A stretch of 64,000 nt of DNA from an uncultured Lentisphaeraceae bacterium (lineage in GTDB: Bacteria; Verrucomicrobiota; Kiritimatiellia; RFP12; UBA1067): the NCBI GenBank assembly GCA_964386385.1, contig CAYLRN010000009.1, forward strand, positions 28,488 to 92,487. The letters are read 5' to 3'. The notes beneath the pieces were generated by a model. The model ran no database searches. It was not told the origin of the DNA and was given only the letters and a program-made list of their open reading frames with translations. Shown piece after piece: positions 34,776 through 43,202 of the stretch (its first letter is position 1; every line of letters begins with the position of its first letter). A program made the translations under genes and the position numbers.

Positions 34776-36147
34776 AGACGCTGCCCTTGCCGAGGGTCGA
34801 TTCGCAGCTGACGCCGCCGCCGTATGAGGTGGCGATCGCGTGGACGAGCGCAAGGCCGAGGCCGTTGCCGGGGAGGGAGCGGCTTGTGTCCGCCCTCCAG
34901 AAGCGCGTGAAGACGTGCGGGACGTCTTCGGCGGCGATTCCGCATCCGGTGTCCGACACGGACAGCCTGACGTCTTCGGACGAAGTCTCCAGCCGGACGC
35001 CTATGCGTCCGCCGGACGGGGTGTACTTTATCGCGTTCTCAAGGAGGTTGCCGACGAGCTGCTGGAGCTTTGCGCGATGGCCGGAGAAGAGGACTTCCGT
35101 TTCGGGCGCGCGGACGTCCATTGCGAGTCCGTTCTGCTCCGCGAGCGGCTGGTAGAGTTCGACGATGCCGCGCACGAGAAGGCCGAGGTCGACTTCCGTG
35201 CGCGGGGACCGGTCGATCTTCGACCCTGCCTGCGCGATGTCGAGCATGGTGTTGATCATCTCAAGCATTCCGAGCGTCTCGTTGAGCGTCCTGTCCGCCA
35301 GCGAGTCACGCGCCGTCTCGTCGAAAAGCGCAGTCTCCGCCGCCATGGACAGCCGCGTAAGCGGCGTGCGGAGGTCGTGTGCGATGTTGTCCGTGAGCAC
35401 TCGGAGCTCGTCGAGCGTGCGTTCGTTCTTGTCGCACATTCCGTTGAAGGCGCGGACGAGCGTCCGCATCTCGCGGGATTCGCCGGCGACCTCCCCGACC
35501 CTGCAGCTCCAGTCGCCCGCCTCGATGGACGTCGCGGCGGCGGCTATCGAATTCAGCCGGCGGACGAAGCGCGACACGATCAGCGTCACCGCAAGGCACG
35601 TGAGAATGGTGGAAAGCACGATGGCCGCGCCCTGCGTTATGGCGAGAAAGAGCAGATACCGCTCGACGCTCGTGACGTCTCTCGCCACGGTTATGAGGTT
35701 GCCGTCGTAAAGCCGGCGCGACTTCATGCGTATGGCGACGTGCCTGTCGGCGGACGACGACCGTTCGGTGTAGAAGCGGTGTTCGAGGCGTCCCTGCCTC
35801 ACGGCGCGGAGGATTCTCGCCTTTATGCGCTCCGGCGCCGCCGTCGAGCGCAGCTCCAGTCCGTCCGGCGTCGACAGGACGATGAAGGTGCGGCTCGTGT
35901 CGTGTTCGTCGGCGTCGACGTCCATGTGGCGGAAGAACTCTGGTGTCGCGCCGTTGAGTTCTTCGTACTCGCTCTTCAGGTCGTCCGCAAGCCGCCCGAC
36001 CATCGAGTGGACGTGTCCCATCTGGTAGCGCCACGAAACGGCGACGATCAGGACGCCGACGATGATGGCGATGGCGCACGACGAGGCCGTCGCGGCGAGA
36101 ATCATGCGCCGCCGGAGCGAACGGCCGTCAGCGCTCTTCGAGGACAT
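34750..36147 (-). CDS. Sensor histidine kinase (TM-HAMP-HisKA-HATPase)
   Basis: H-box DNIAHDLRTPLTRL and the ATPase G-box GGGVSCESTLGKGSVFTVFLP. Confidence 0.8.
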   Translation of the reverse strand: MSSKSADGRSLRRRMILAATASSCAIAIIVGVLIVAVSWRYQMGHVHSMVGRLADDLKSEYEELNGATPEFFRHMDVDADEHDTSRTFIVLSTPDGLELRSTAAPERIKARILRAVRQGRLEHRFYTERSSSADRHVAIRMKSRRLYDGNLITVARDVTSVERYLLFLAITQGAAIVLSTILTCLAVTLIVSRFVRRLNSIAAAATSIEAGDWSCRVGEVAGESREMRTLVRAFNGMCDKNERTLDELRVLTDNIAHDLRTPLTRLSMAAETALFDETARDSLADRTLNETLGMLEMINTMLDIAQAGSKIDRSPRTEVDLGLLVRGIVELYQPLAEQNGLAMDVRAPETEVLFSGHRAKLQQLVGNLLENAIKYTPSGGRIGVRLETSSEDVRLSVSDTGCGIAAEDVPHVFTRFWRADTSRSLPGNGLGLALVHAIATSYGGGVSCESTLGKGSVFTVFLPNA

Positions 36148-36802
36148 ATCCGAACCTCCTGACCGTATGGATCAGCTCTGGTTCGCCCGGCGCGGATATC
36201 TTCCCCCGCAGGCGGCTGACCCTGGCCTCCACTACGTTCGTGTGCGGGTCGAACGAATAGTCCCACACCCGCTCCATGAGGGTCGTCTTCGGGACGACGC
36301 GGCCCCTGTTCCGCATCAGGTATTCAAGCAGTTGGTATTCAAGCGGCTGGAGGTCTATGCGGCGTCCGGCCCTCGTCACGCGGTGGGTGGACACGTCCAT
36401 TTCGAGGTCCGCCACCTTCAGCGTCGTCGCATCCGGCGCCGAGCTCGCCCGCCTGATGAGGGCGTTTACGCGGGCGACGAGCTCCGTGAGCGAGAAGGGT
36501 TTTGCGAGGTAGTCGTCCCCGCCGGCCTCAAGCCCCGAAACTTTCGCCTCGACGCTTCCGCGCGCGCTCAGGACGATGATGGGCGTTCGGACGCCGGCGG
36601 CGCGTGCGCGCCGGATGATTTCGACGCCGTCGATCTTGGGAAGCATGATGTCCATGACGGCGGCGTCGTAGCCGCCGTGGAGCGTCGCTACGAGACCCTC
36701 CTCGCCGTCGGCGGCGCGGGTGCAGGTGAATCCGGCGCGGCGCAGGCCTTCCGCGACGTAATCGGCCACGGCATTGTCGTCTTCTACGATGAGGATGTGC
36801 AT
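36128..36802 (-). CDS. OmpR-family response regulator
   Basis: Receiver domain MHILIVEDD...D and a winged-helix C-terminus (VRRFGYVLE). Overlaps the histidine-kinase gene by 20 nt. Confidence 0.8.
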   Translation of the reverse strand: MHILIVEDDNAVADYVAEGLRRAGFTCTRAADGEEGLVATLHGGYDAAVMDIMLPKIDGVEIIRRARAAGVRTPIIVLSARGSVEAKVSGLEAGGDDYLAKPFSLTELVARVNALIRRASSAPDATTLKVADLEMDVSTHRVTRAGRRIDLQPLEYQLLEYLMRNRGRVVPKTTLMERVWDYSFDPHTNVVEARVSRLRGKISAPGEPELIHTVRRFGYVLEER

Positions 36803-36840
36803 TGGTGGATGTCTCTGTGTTTGTCGAGAAAGCGTGACGC

Positions 36841-36869
36841 AGTATAGCCGTCGCCGTTCACGCAGTCAA
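36841..36869 (-). promoter_or_regulatory. Promoter (minus strand) TTGACT-17-TATACT for the response-regulator/histidine-kinase operon, overlapping the GT2 stop codon
   Basis: On the plus strand, AGTATA lies at 36841-36846 and AGTCAA at 36864-36869. The regulator ATG is ~40 nt downstream. Confidence 0.5.
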
Positions 36870-37588
36870 CGACGATTTTCGGTTCGCGCGATGCACATGA
36901 GGTCGATGAGCGTCCGGACGGAATCGGCGACGTGCAGTTTCGACCCCGGCACGTCGCGCCACGTGGACAGGGGAAGTTCAATCACGGAGCGGCGCATGGC
37001 GCTCTCCGGAATGCGCCGCAGGAGTTCCACGTCGAACAGCCATCGCGACGTGAACGGCGCATCGAAGACCTTTTCCGCGAGGTCGCGGCGGAAGATCTTG
37101 GCGCCGCATTGCGTGTCGTATGCCGGCGAGCGCAGTACGTGGCGTATCAGCGTCTTCATCAGCGTTCCCGCGGCGTTGCGGAACGGAGTGCGGGCGATCT
37201 GCGCTCCCAGGTGCGGCCATCTCGAACCGATGACCGCCTGCGCGTCGGGGCGGCGCATGGCCTCGTCGCGGAATGCGTTCAGTTCGGAAAGGGGCGTTGC
37301 GAGGTCGGCGTCCCAGAAGCCGATCCAGTCTGCACGGGAACGCGCGAGCAGGGTCTGCACGCCGGCATAGACCGCAGCGGCCTTGCCGACGTTCTGCGGC
37401 AGGTAGATCGCCTCCATCGCGGGGGACTGCCTTGCGAGGAACGCGAGCGTCTCGGCCGTTTCGTCGGTCGACCCGTCGTCCACGAACAGCAGGGTAAGCC
37501 ATGGGAATGCGGATATGGCGTCGAGAAACGCGGAGACGTCGAGCCGCCGGTACTCGTCTTTGCACGGAACTACGAGCGCGACTGTCAT
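36866..37588 (-). CDS. GT2-family glycosyltransferase (polyprenyl-phosphate sugar transferase, ArnC/DPM1-like)
   Basis: MTVALVVPCKDE ... FVDDGSTDET ... with the DxD-type motif WDADL. ~240 aa. Start overlaps the GT39 stop. Confidence 0.6.
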   Translation of the reverse strand: MTVALVVPCKDEYRRLDVSAFLDAISAFPWLTLLFVDDGSTDETAETLAFLARQSPAMEAIYLPQNVGKAAAVYAGVQTLLARSRADWIGFWDADLATPLSELNAFRDEAMRRPDAQAVIGSRWPHLGAQIARTPFRNAAGTLMKTLIRHVLRSPAYDTQCGAKIFRRDLAEKVFDAPFTSRWLFDVELLRRIPESAMRRSVIELPLSTWRDVPGSKLHVADSVRTLIDLMCIARTENRR

Positions 37589-38877
37589 TTTGTCGTCTCC
37601 TTCCACCGGCGGTTCTCCCGCATGAAGATACGGTCGCCCGGCTGCGGGAGGAGATGCAGCTTCGGGCCGAAGTAGAACTGTGCGGAGTATGGCGGCGACT
37701 TCCCCGTGAAATGCGCCCCGCGCACCGGGTCTGCGGCGTGAATTGACCTGAACGTCCATCCCTGCATCTTGTTTGTGTAGAGCGTCGCGAACGCCAGCGT
37801 TCCGATGAGCGAGGCCATGCAGACCGCGCCTGCGGCGGGGACGATGCGCATCGTCCATCGGGGCAGTTCCGTCATGGCGAGCCTCGCCGCGAACAGCGGC
37901 ACGACCGGCAGGAGATATGCGAGGGGAACGCGGCTTGTGAGGCACCAGAATCCGGTGATGGCGACGATTCCCCACGTGAGCAGCGCCTCCGGGGCGGCGT
38001 CCCTGAAGCGCATTTCCCTGGCCTTCAGGAAGAGCAGCGGCGTCCACGGAAGCGTCACGACCATGGCCCAGATCGCGGACATTCCGCGGAACGTCTCCCG
38101 CCCGGCCCCGTACCTGTCCCCGTAGTCGTGCACGAGGAAGCGCAGGAGGTTCTCATTGACGAAGAAGTACTTCAGGAAGCCGGGGGTTTCACGCTCCATG
38201 AGCGCGTACCAAGGAGCGCATATCGCAAGAAATATCAGCGGTCCGAAGATCCAGTCGTGACGCGAAAGGAGCTCAAGGCGGCGGTTGGCGATGGCGTCGG
38301 CAAGGACGGGCAGACCGAAAAGGACGAGCGCGACCGGGCCTTTCACGAGCATCCCAAGTCCGAGAAGGGCGAAGATCGCCAGCGACATCCATCTTTCCCG
38401 GCTCTTCGCGAACACGCTCTCGAGCAGGAGGGCGCCGCCTACGCAGAACGTGAGCGGAACGTCGGTCATGCAGAAGCCCGCCGCCGCGTAGAACGCGACC
38501 GAAGTCGCGCACACGACGACGGCAATCCGGGCGGCGGAGGCGTCCTTAAGCCGGCGCACTGCGAAGAACAGGATGCCGAGAAGCCCGATCGCCGAGAGGA
38601 ACGCCGGCAGCCGGACGGAGATCTCGTTCCGCCCGAAGGCCTTGCACAGAATGCCGCCGGTCTGGAACAGGAGCGGCGGCTTCCCGTCGAAGCTCTGGAA
38701 GACGCCCTTGTGGATGAATCGCGGAACGAGGAAGTCGCCCGATTCGGCCATGTTCGCGCAGATTGCCGCATACCGGCTTTCGGACGGGTCGAACACGGGG
38801 CTCAGCGTCATGACAGCGAGCCTTGTCAGCGCCAGGATGGCGACTATTGCGAAGAAAGTTCTCAGTTGCGGTTTCAT
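37585..38877 (-). CDS. GT39-family (ArnT/PMT-like) membrane glycosyltransferase
   Basis: SESRYAAICANMAESGDFLVPRF resembles the ArnT/PMT N-terminal loop motif. ~430 aa, polytopic. Confidence 0.6.
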   Translation of the reverse strand: MKPQLRTFFAIVAILALTRLAVMTLSPVFDPSESRYAAICANMAESGDFLVPRFIHKGVFQSFDGKPPLLFQTGGILCKAFGRNEISVRLPAFLSAIGLLGILFFAVRRLKDASAARIAVVVCATSVAFYAAAGFCMTDVPLTFCVGGALLLESVFAKSRERWMSLAIFALLGLGMLVKGPVALVLFGLPVLADAIANRRLELLSRHDWIFGPLIFLAICAPWYALMERETPGFLKYFFVNENLLRFLVHDYGDRYGAGRETFRGMSAIWAMVVTLPWTPLLFLKAREMRFRDAAPEALLTWGIVAITGFWCLTSRVPLAYLLPVVPLFAARLAMTELPRWTMRIVPAAGAVCMASLIGTLAFATLYTNKMQGWTFRSIHAADPVRGAHFTGKSPPYSAQFYFGPKLHLLPQPGDRIFMRENRRWKETTK

Positions 38878-39114
38878 GGGTGCGTAATATACCTCGGCCA
38901 CCTTTCCGCAACTCTTCCGCAACGTTGCCATTTGGTGATGTTTGCGCGAGACGCAGCGACGCAGATTTCCCCTTCTCTTGCGCTTTCTGTCTGTCTTTCT
39001 TTTCCGCTCTTTCCGCCATCCCGATTCCCTGTCTTTCCCGCCTTTCCGAATTGAGCCGCGAAGTTGTGCAACCTTGTCCTCTGCGTGAGACAAATCAGGC
39101 GGCGTCGGCGTGTT

Positions 39115-39310
39115 AGGACACGCGCCCTACCATGGAGATTAAGTGGGTAAGTTGCGTCTGCTCGCATTTCACGGGGAGGGCGGATGTCCTCATCCGCCGT
39201 CGCGGGTGAAAAGGCGGCTTAACGGTCTTGGCCGGTAGGGCGCGACGTCTCGTCGCGCCGTTTCGTACACGGCGGCGGGGCGGGACGCCCCGTCCTACCA
39301 TCGTAAACCA
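39115..39310. repeat. Composite REP array (family A, D and TTAAGTGG units)
   Basis: CGCGCCCTACC-ATGGAGATTAAGTGGGTAAGTTGCG, GGGAGGGCGGATGTCCTCATCCGCCG, GGTAGGGCGCGACGTCTCGTCGCGCC and GGCGGGGCGGGACGCCCCGTCCTACC. Confidence 0.75.
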
Positions 39311-39395
39311 ATATTTCGTCGCAACCAAATCTCTGCGACCTCTGCGCGAGACAGACATGGCGGTGCAGAGGTCGCGCGGGGATGCGGCGAGTGCG

Positions 39396-40538
39396 TCATT
39401 TCGCCTGGTCGTAGTGCCGGGCCATGGCCTCGTAGCCCGCCATCATGCAGGGCGGAAGACTTCCGAACAGCCTGTAGTAGTCGCACACCACCGGCAGGCA
39501 GCGCGCCTTCCACTTCGCAATCGTGTTGAGCGCGATGGAGGAAAGCTTGTGGTGGGCGAACGGATTGGTGAAGCGCTCGATGATGGAGTTCGCGTAGTCC
39601 GTCTTCTCGGCGTCGGGAAGGTCGACCGTCGGATAGATCTCGTCGAAGAGGACTTTCCGCAGAAAGGCTCCGCCCTCCGCGTCGCCCACCACCTGGGCTA
39701 CTTCCGTGAAGCCGCGCTCAAGCCCCCAGTAGACGATCGTGGTGTGGGCGGCGTTCAGGAAGCGCACCTTGCGCGTCCGGTAGGGCTGCATGTCGGACGT
39801 GTAGACGACGTTCACGCCGGCCCTGCGCAGAGGAAGCTCCGCCTCCAGGTCGAAGCCGGCGGGCGTCTCCACGACGAAGAAGTGGAACGGCTCTCCGCAT
39901 ACCAGAACGTCGTCCCTCTCGCCCAGCTGCGCGGCGTAGCGCGCGGCGGATTCCGCGTCCGGCCGCCCGGCGACGATGCGGTCCACCAGCGTCGAACAGA
40001 AGACGCACTCCGATTCGATCCACGCGGCAAGGTCAGTCGCGCCCTCGTCCGCGGCGTACTGCAGGACGCACTTGCGCAGGCTGTCGCCGTTGTGCTCTAT
40101 CAGTTCGCAGGGGATGAAGACGAGTCCTGGCAGCTCCGCCGCGAAGCGCGCGCGGAGGAGGCGGAAGACCTTGAATGGGAAAGTGTTCTGCCCCTTGACG
40201 TACTCGATTCCGGCTTCGGTCGTGTTCGAGACGACGAAGCGGAGGGACGGCATGGCGGCGTAGCGCTCCAGGTTCGCCCAGAGGTCCACGCCCTTGACGG
40301 ACGCGACCTCCTCGATCTCCTCGACCTGCCGCCCGTCCATGAATCCGCGCAGGCAAGTGTGGTAGCGTCCGCCGCGCGCGTTGAGGATGCGCGACGCCTC
40401 GGAGAGCTCGTCGCCGATTGGCTGGATTATCTGCACCGCGCCGTCGAAGCCGGCGCGGTCGTTCATGCGCTGCACCATCCAGTCAATGAAGCAGCGGAGA
40501 AAGTTGCCCTCGCCGAACTGAAGAATCTTCGTTTCCAT
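39396..40538 (-). CDS. Mannitol-dehydrogenase-family oxidoreductase, UxaB (tagaturonate reductase)-like; possibly C-terminally short
   Basis: METKILQFGEGNFLRCFIDWMVQRMN closely matches the UxaB N-terminus (IIQFGEGNFLRAFVDW). Only 381 aa, whereas UxaB is ~480. Confidence 0.55.
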   Translation of the reverse strand: METKILQFGEGNFLRCFIDWMVQRMNDRAGFDGAVQIIQPIGDELSEASRILNARGGRYHTCLRGFMDGRQVEEIEEVASVKGVDLWANLERYAAMPSLRFVVSNTTEAGIEYVKGQNTFPFKVFRLLRARFAAELPGLVFIPCELIEHNGDSLRKCVLQYAADEGATDLAAWIESECVFCSTLVDRIVAGRPDAESAARYAAQLGERDDVLVCGEPFHFFVVETPAGFDLEAELPLRRAGVNVVYTSDMQPYRTRKVRFLNAAHTTIVYWGLERGFTEVAQVVGDAEGGAFLRKVLFDEIYPTVDLPDAEKTDYANSIIERFTNPFAHHKLSSIALNTIAKWKARCLPVVCDYYRLFGSLPPCMMAGYEAMARHYDQAK

Positions 40539-40585
40539 TGTCGAACTCCAATGATGACATTCAAGATCTGGGATAACATGCGGAA

Positions 40586-43027
40586 TTAGAAGGAACAGGC
40601 GGAATCCGCCGTCCACGTGGCGTCGTCCGCCACGATAGCGTTCGGGCGCGCGTCCTCGGACGCGAGGCGGACTTTCACGTTCTCGAAGTGGATGCCGTCG
40701 GCGTGGCGCAGGTAGAACGCCCATCCTGGAAGGACGTGTTTGAACATCCAGTTCTCCGGATAGTTCTTCTCGCACTCAGGCACGGGCTTCTTCAGCATTT
40801 CCGCCGTGGCTCCGCCAGGGTACGTGATGTCCAGGTTCCGCAGCGTGACGTTCTCCACGCGGTTCGACGGGACGCCCGTGATGGAGCTTGCGATGCGCGA
40901 CACGCACGAGCCCTTCACGTTCTCGATGAGGACGTTTCGCAGAAAGCCGCCCGCGCGCGGATGGCGCGCGCCGTGCCGGATGAAGATCGGCGTCTGGCAG
41001 CCGGAGATCTCGATGTCGCGAATCGTGACGTCCTCCATCGACCCGCCGTCCACGACCTCAAGCGCGATGGCGGAAAGTCCGTTGGCGAAGTCGCCGATGC
41101 CGCCCGGCAGCCTCTTGCGCCAGCGCTCGTAGTCGCGGACAAACGAATGCGTCCGGGCGAAGACCTTGCAGTCGTGCACGTTCACGCGGCGGACGGGGCT
41201 GAACGACGTCGTGCCGAACTTGATGAAGTTGCATGAGGAGGATATCAGACAGTTCCGGACCTCCACGTCCTCGGTCGCGAAACCCCGGCTGTTGGGCTTG
41301 AAGCAGATTGCGTCGTCATCCGAATCGATGTCGCAGTCCTCGATAAGGCACCGCTTCGCCTCGATGTCGATGCCGTCGTTGTTGAAGTTCACGGTCGAAC
41401 GAATCTTCACGCCCTTCACGTGGACGTCCTCGCAGCGCTGGAGGTTGAGCGTCCAGGTGGCCGATCGGCGCAGTTCGAAGTCGTAGAGCTTCAGGTTGCG
41501 CACGTCCGTGAAGAGGGCTGCCATTACGCGCCCCGGCGCTCCGTCGCGGAACGGATAGCGCTCGCCATGCACGTCGACGACGCCCTTGCCGCGGACCGTC
41601 ACGTTTGTCGCCTTCGTCGCGGAGAGAAACGCGCGTTTGTTCGGCCATGTAGTCCAGTTCGTCGTAGCCTCGACGAAGCATCCTTCCGGCAGTTCCAGCG
41701 TGACGTCGCTCTTCAGTTCGAGTCCGTCGAGAATCCAGTTTCCCGGCGGAATCGTGACCGTCCCGCCGCCGCGCGCGGAGGCGGCGTCTATCTGCCGCTG
41801 GAATTCCGCAGTGGTCTGCTTGGCGTGGAACTCCGAAAGTCCGTTGACGTAGAGGCGATGGATGCGGACGGCGGAGACCGTCTTGCCGCCGCGCTCGGCC
41901 GACGCGACACGCAGGCGGGCGACGTGCGGCCCGGCGGACAGTTCGTCCGCGAACGTCTGCACGTACGGATAGTGGAGCTGCCCGTATTCCGCGCGCAGCT
42001 TGAACGCCTTCCATGCGCCACCGTCGATGGAGACCTCGACGTTGCCCGCGTCAGGCCCCGCCGTCAGGAACGCGCCGATCGCCGTCCCTGTGAACGGGAC
42101 TTCCAGGACGGCGCCGGGCGTCTCGCTCCAGACGGCCTCGCCGCGGCAGTAGTATCCGCGCTTGGAGCCTGGGACGCGGTCCCAGTCCGGGCGCGACACG
42201 TTCCAGCCCGCGCCCGGCTTCAGTTCCGCGAACCCGATGGCGCGTCCGCGCCAGTAGGAGAAGTCGTCCATCGGCGGCGGCATGGGCTTCGCCGCCGCCC
42301 GCTTCATCGGGTTGAACACCCTGTCCACGGCGGCCATCACCACCTTCGCGCCAAAGTCGCATCCCTCCGGCGATGGATGGCAGTCGCGGTACTCCTTCCA
42401 CGAAAGGCCGCCCTGACGCGCGGATTCGACGAGCGCCCGGCCGACGTCCGCCAGCGCGGCGTCGTAGTGCGCGGCGACGTCGGCGTGCGCCGAGTAGGCG
42501 ACGGGCGTCCCGCCTTCCATCAGCCTGTCGTACTGCCGCTTTGTCACCATCAGCCCGACGACGACTTCGCAGGCGGCGTTGGCGGAACGGACACGCCGCA
42601 CGATTCCCTCAAGCCCGCGAATGCAGTGCGTCCTGTCGAAATGCCCGTCCTGTTCGTCGTTCGCCGCCTCCTCGACGATCAGGAGGTCCGGGACGCCGTG
42701 CGCCAGCAGGTCCTCCTCCATGCGGAACGCCCCCGCGTCGGAACACGTCGAGGACAGCCCGGCCGCGATTTCGCGGAACTCGACCTGCGGATGCCTTTCG
42801 CGCAGCAGCTTCATCACGCGCGGACGGAATCCGTGCATCTCGGTGATCGAGCCGCCGAGGAACGCGACCGTCTTGTGGACGCGCGCATTCTCGTTCTTCG
42901 GCGCGCTTTCGGCGACGTTCGCCGTCCCCGCCGGCGGCACGAAGAACGTCCCAGGGCTTTGAGCCTGGAGGGGCAGGCAGCATTGCGCCGACAAGGCGAT
43001 TGCAGGCATCAGTTTCGTCAGTTCCAT
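40586..43027 (-). CDS. Secreted bifunctional pectin-degrading protein: SGNH/GDSL esterase (rhamnogalacturonan acetylesterase-like) fused to a GH28 polygalacturonase-type beta-helix
   Basis: Signal peptide. SGNH motifs VAFLGGSITE and EEAANDE. GH28 motifs NFNNDGIDIE and DSDDDAICFK. Confidence 0.6.
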   Translation of the reverse strand: MELTKLMPAIALSAQCCLPLQAQSPGTFFVPPAGTANVAESAPKNENARVHKTVAFLGGSITEMHGFRPRVMKLLRERHPQVEFREIAAGLSSTCSDAGAFRMEEDLLAHGVPDLLIVEEAANDEQDGHFDRTHCIRGLEGIVRRVRSANAACEVVVGLMVTKRQYDRLMEGGTPVAYSAHADVAAHYDAALADVGRALVESARQGGLSWKEYRDCHPSPEGCDFGAKVVMAAVDRVFNPMKRAAAKPMPPPMDDFSYWRGRAIGFAELKPGAGWNVSRPDWDRVPGSKRGYYCRGEAVWSETPGAVLEVPFTGTAIGAFLTAGPDAGNVEVSIDGGAWKAFKLRAEYGQLHYPYVQTFADELSAGPHVARLRVASAERGGKTVSAVRIHRLYVNGLSEFHAKQTTAEFQRQIDAASARGGGTVTIPPGNWILDGLELKSDVTLELPEGCFVEATTNWTTWPNKRAFLSATKATNVTVRGKGVVDVHGERYPFRDGAPGRVMAALFTDVRNLKLYDFELRRSATWTLNLQRCEDVHVKGVKIRSTVNFNNDGIDIEAKRCLIEDCDIDSDDDAICFKPNSRGFATEDVEVRNCLISSSCNFIKFGTTSFSPVRRVNVHDCKVFARTHSFVRDYERWRKRLPGGIGDFANGLSAIALEVVDGGSMEDVTIRDIEISGCQTPIFIRHGARHPRAGGFLRNVLIENVKGSCVSRIASSITGVPSNRVENVTLRNLDITYPGGATAEMLKKPVPECEKNYPENWMFKHVLPGWAFYLRHADGIHFENVKVRLASEDARPNAIVADDATWTADSACSF

Positions 43028-43202
43028 CTTTTCGTTTTCCCTTTCACGTCTCAATGACCGGGCCACATGGTTCTCGTCCCTGTCAGACGACAACGCATTA
43101 TACCACATCGGCGCGGGTCGCAGGACGTCCGTGTCCGCGCCGGTGAATTGCGCAGATGCGCCGTTTGCGCACGTGCCGCCCGCGATTTGCTACAATGTGC
43201 GC

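Noticed and set aside
40539-40775. N-terminal 79-aa extension of the UxaB-like ORF
   Set aside because: Arg/Pro-rich junk-like composition. The conserved UxaB N-terminus begins exactly at the internal Met (METKILQFGEG).
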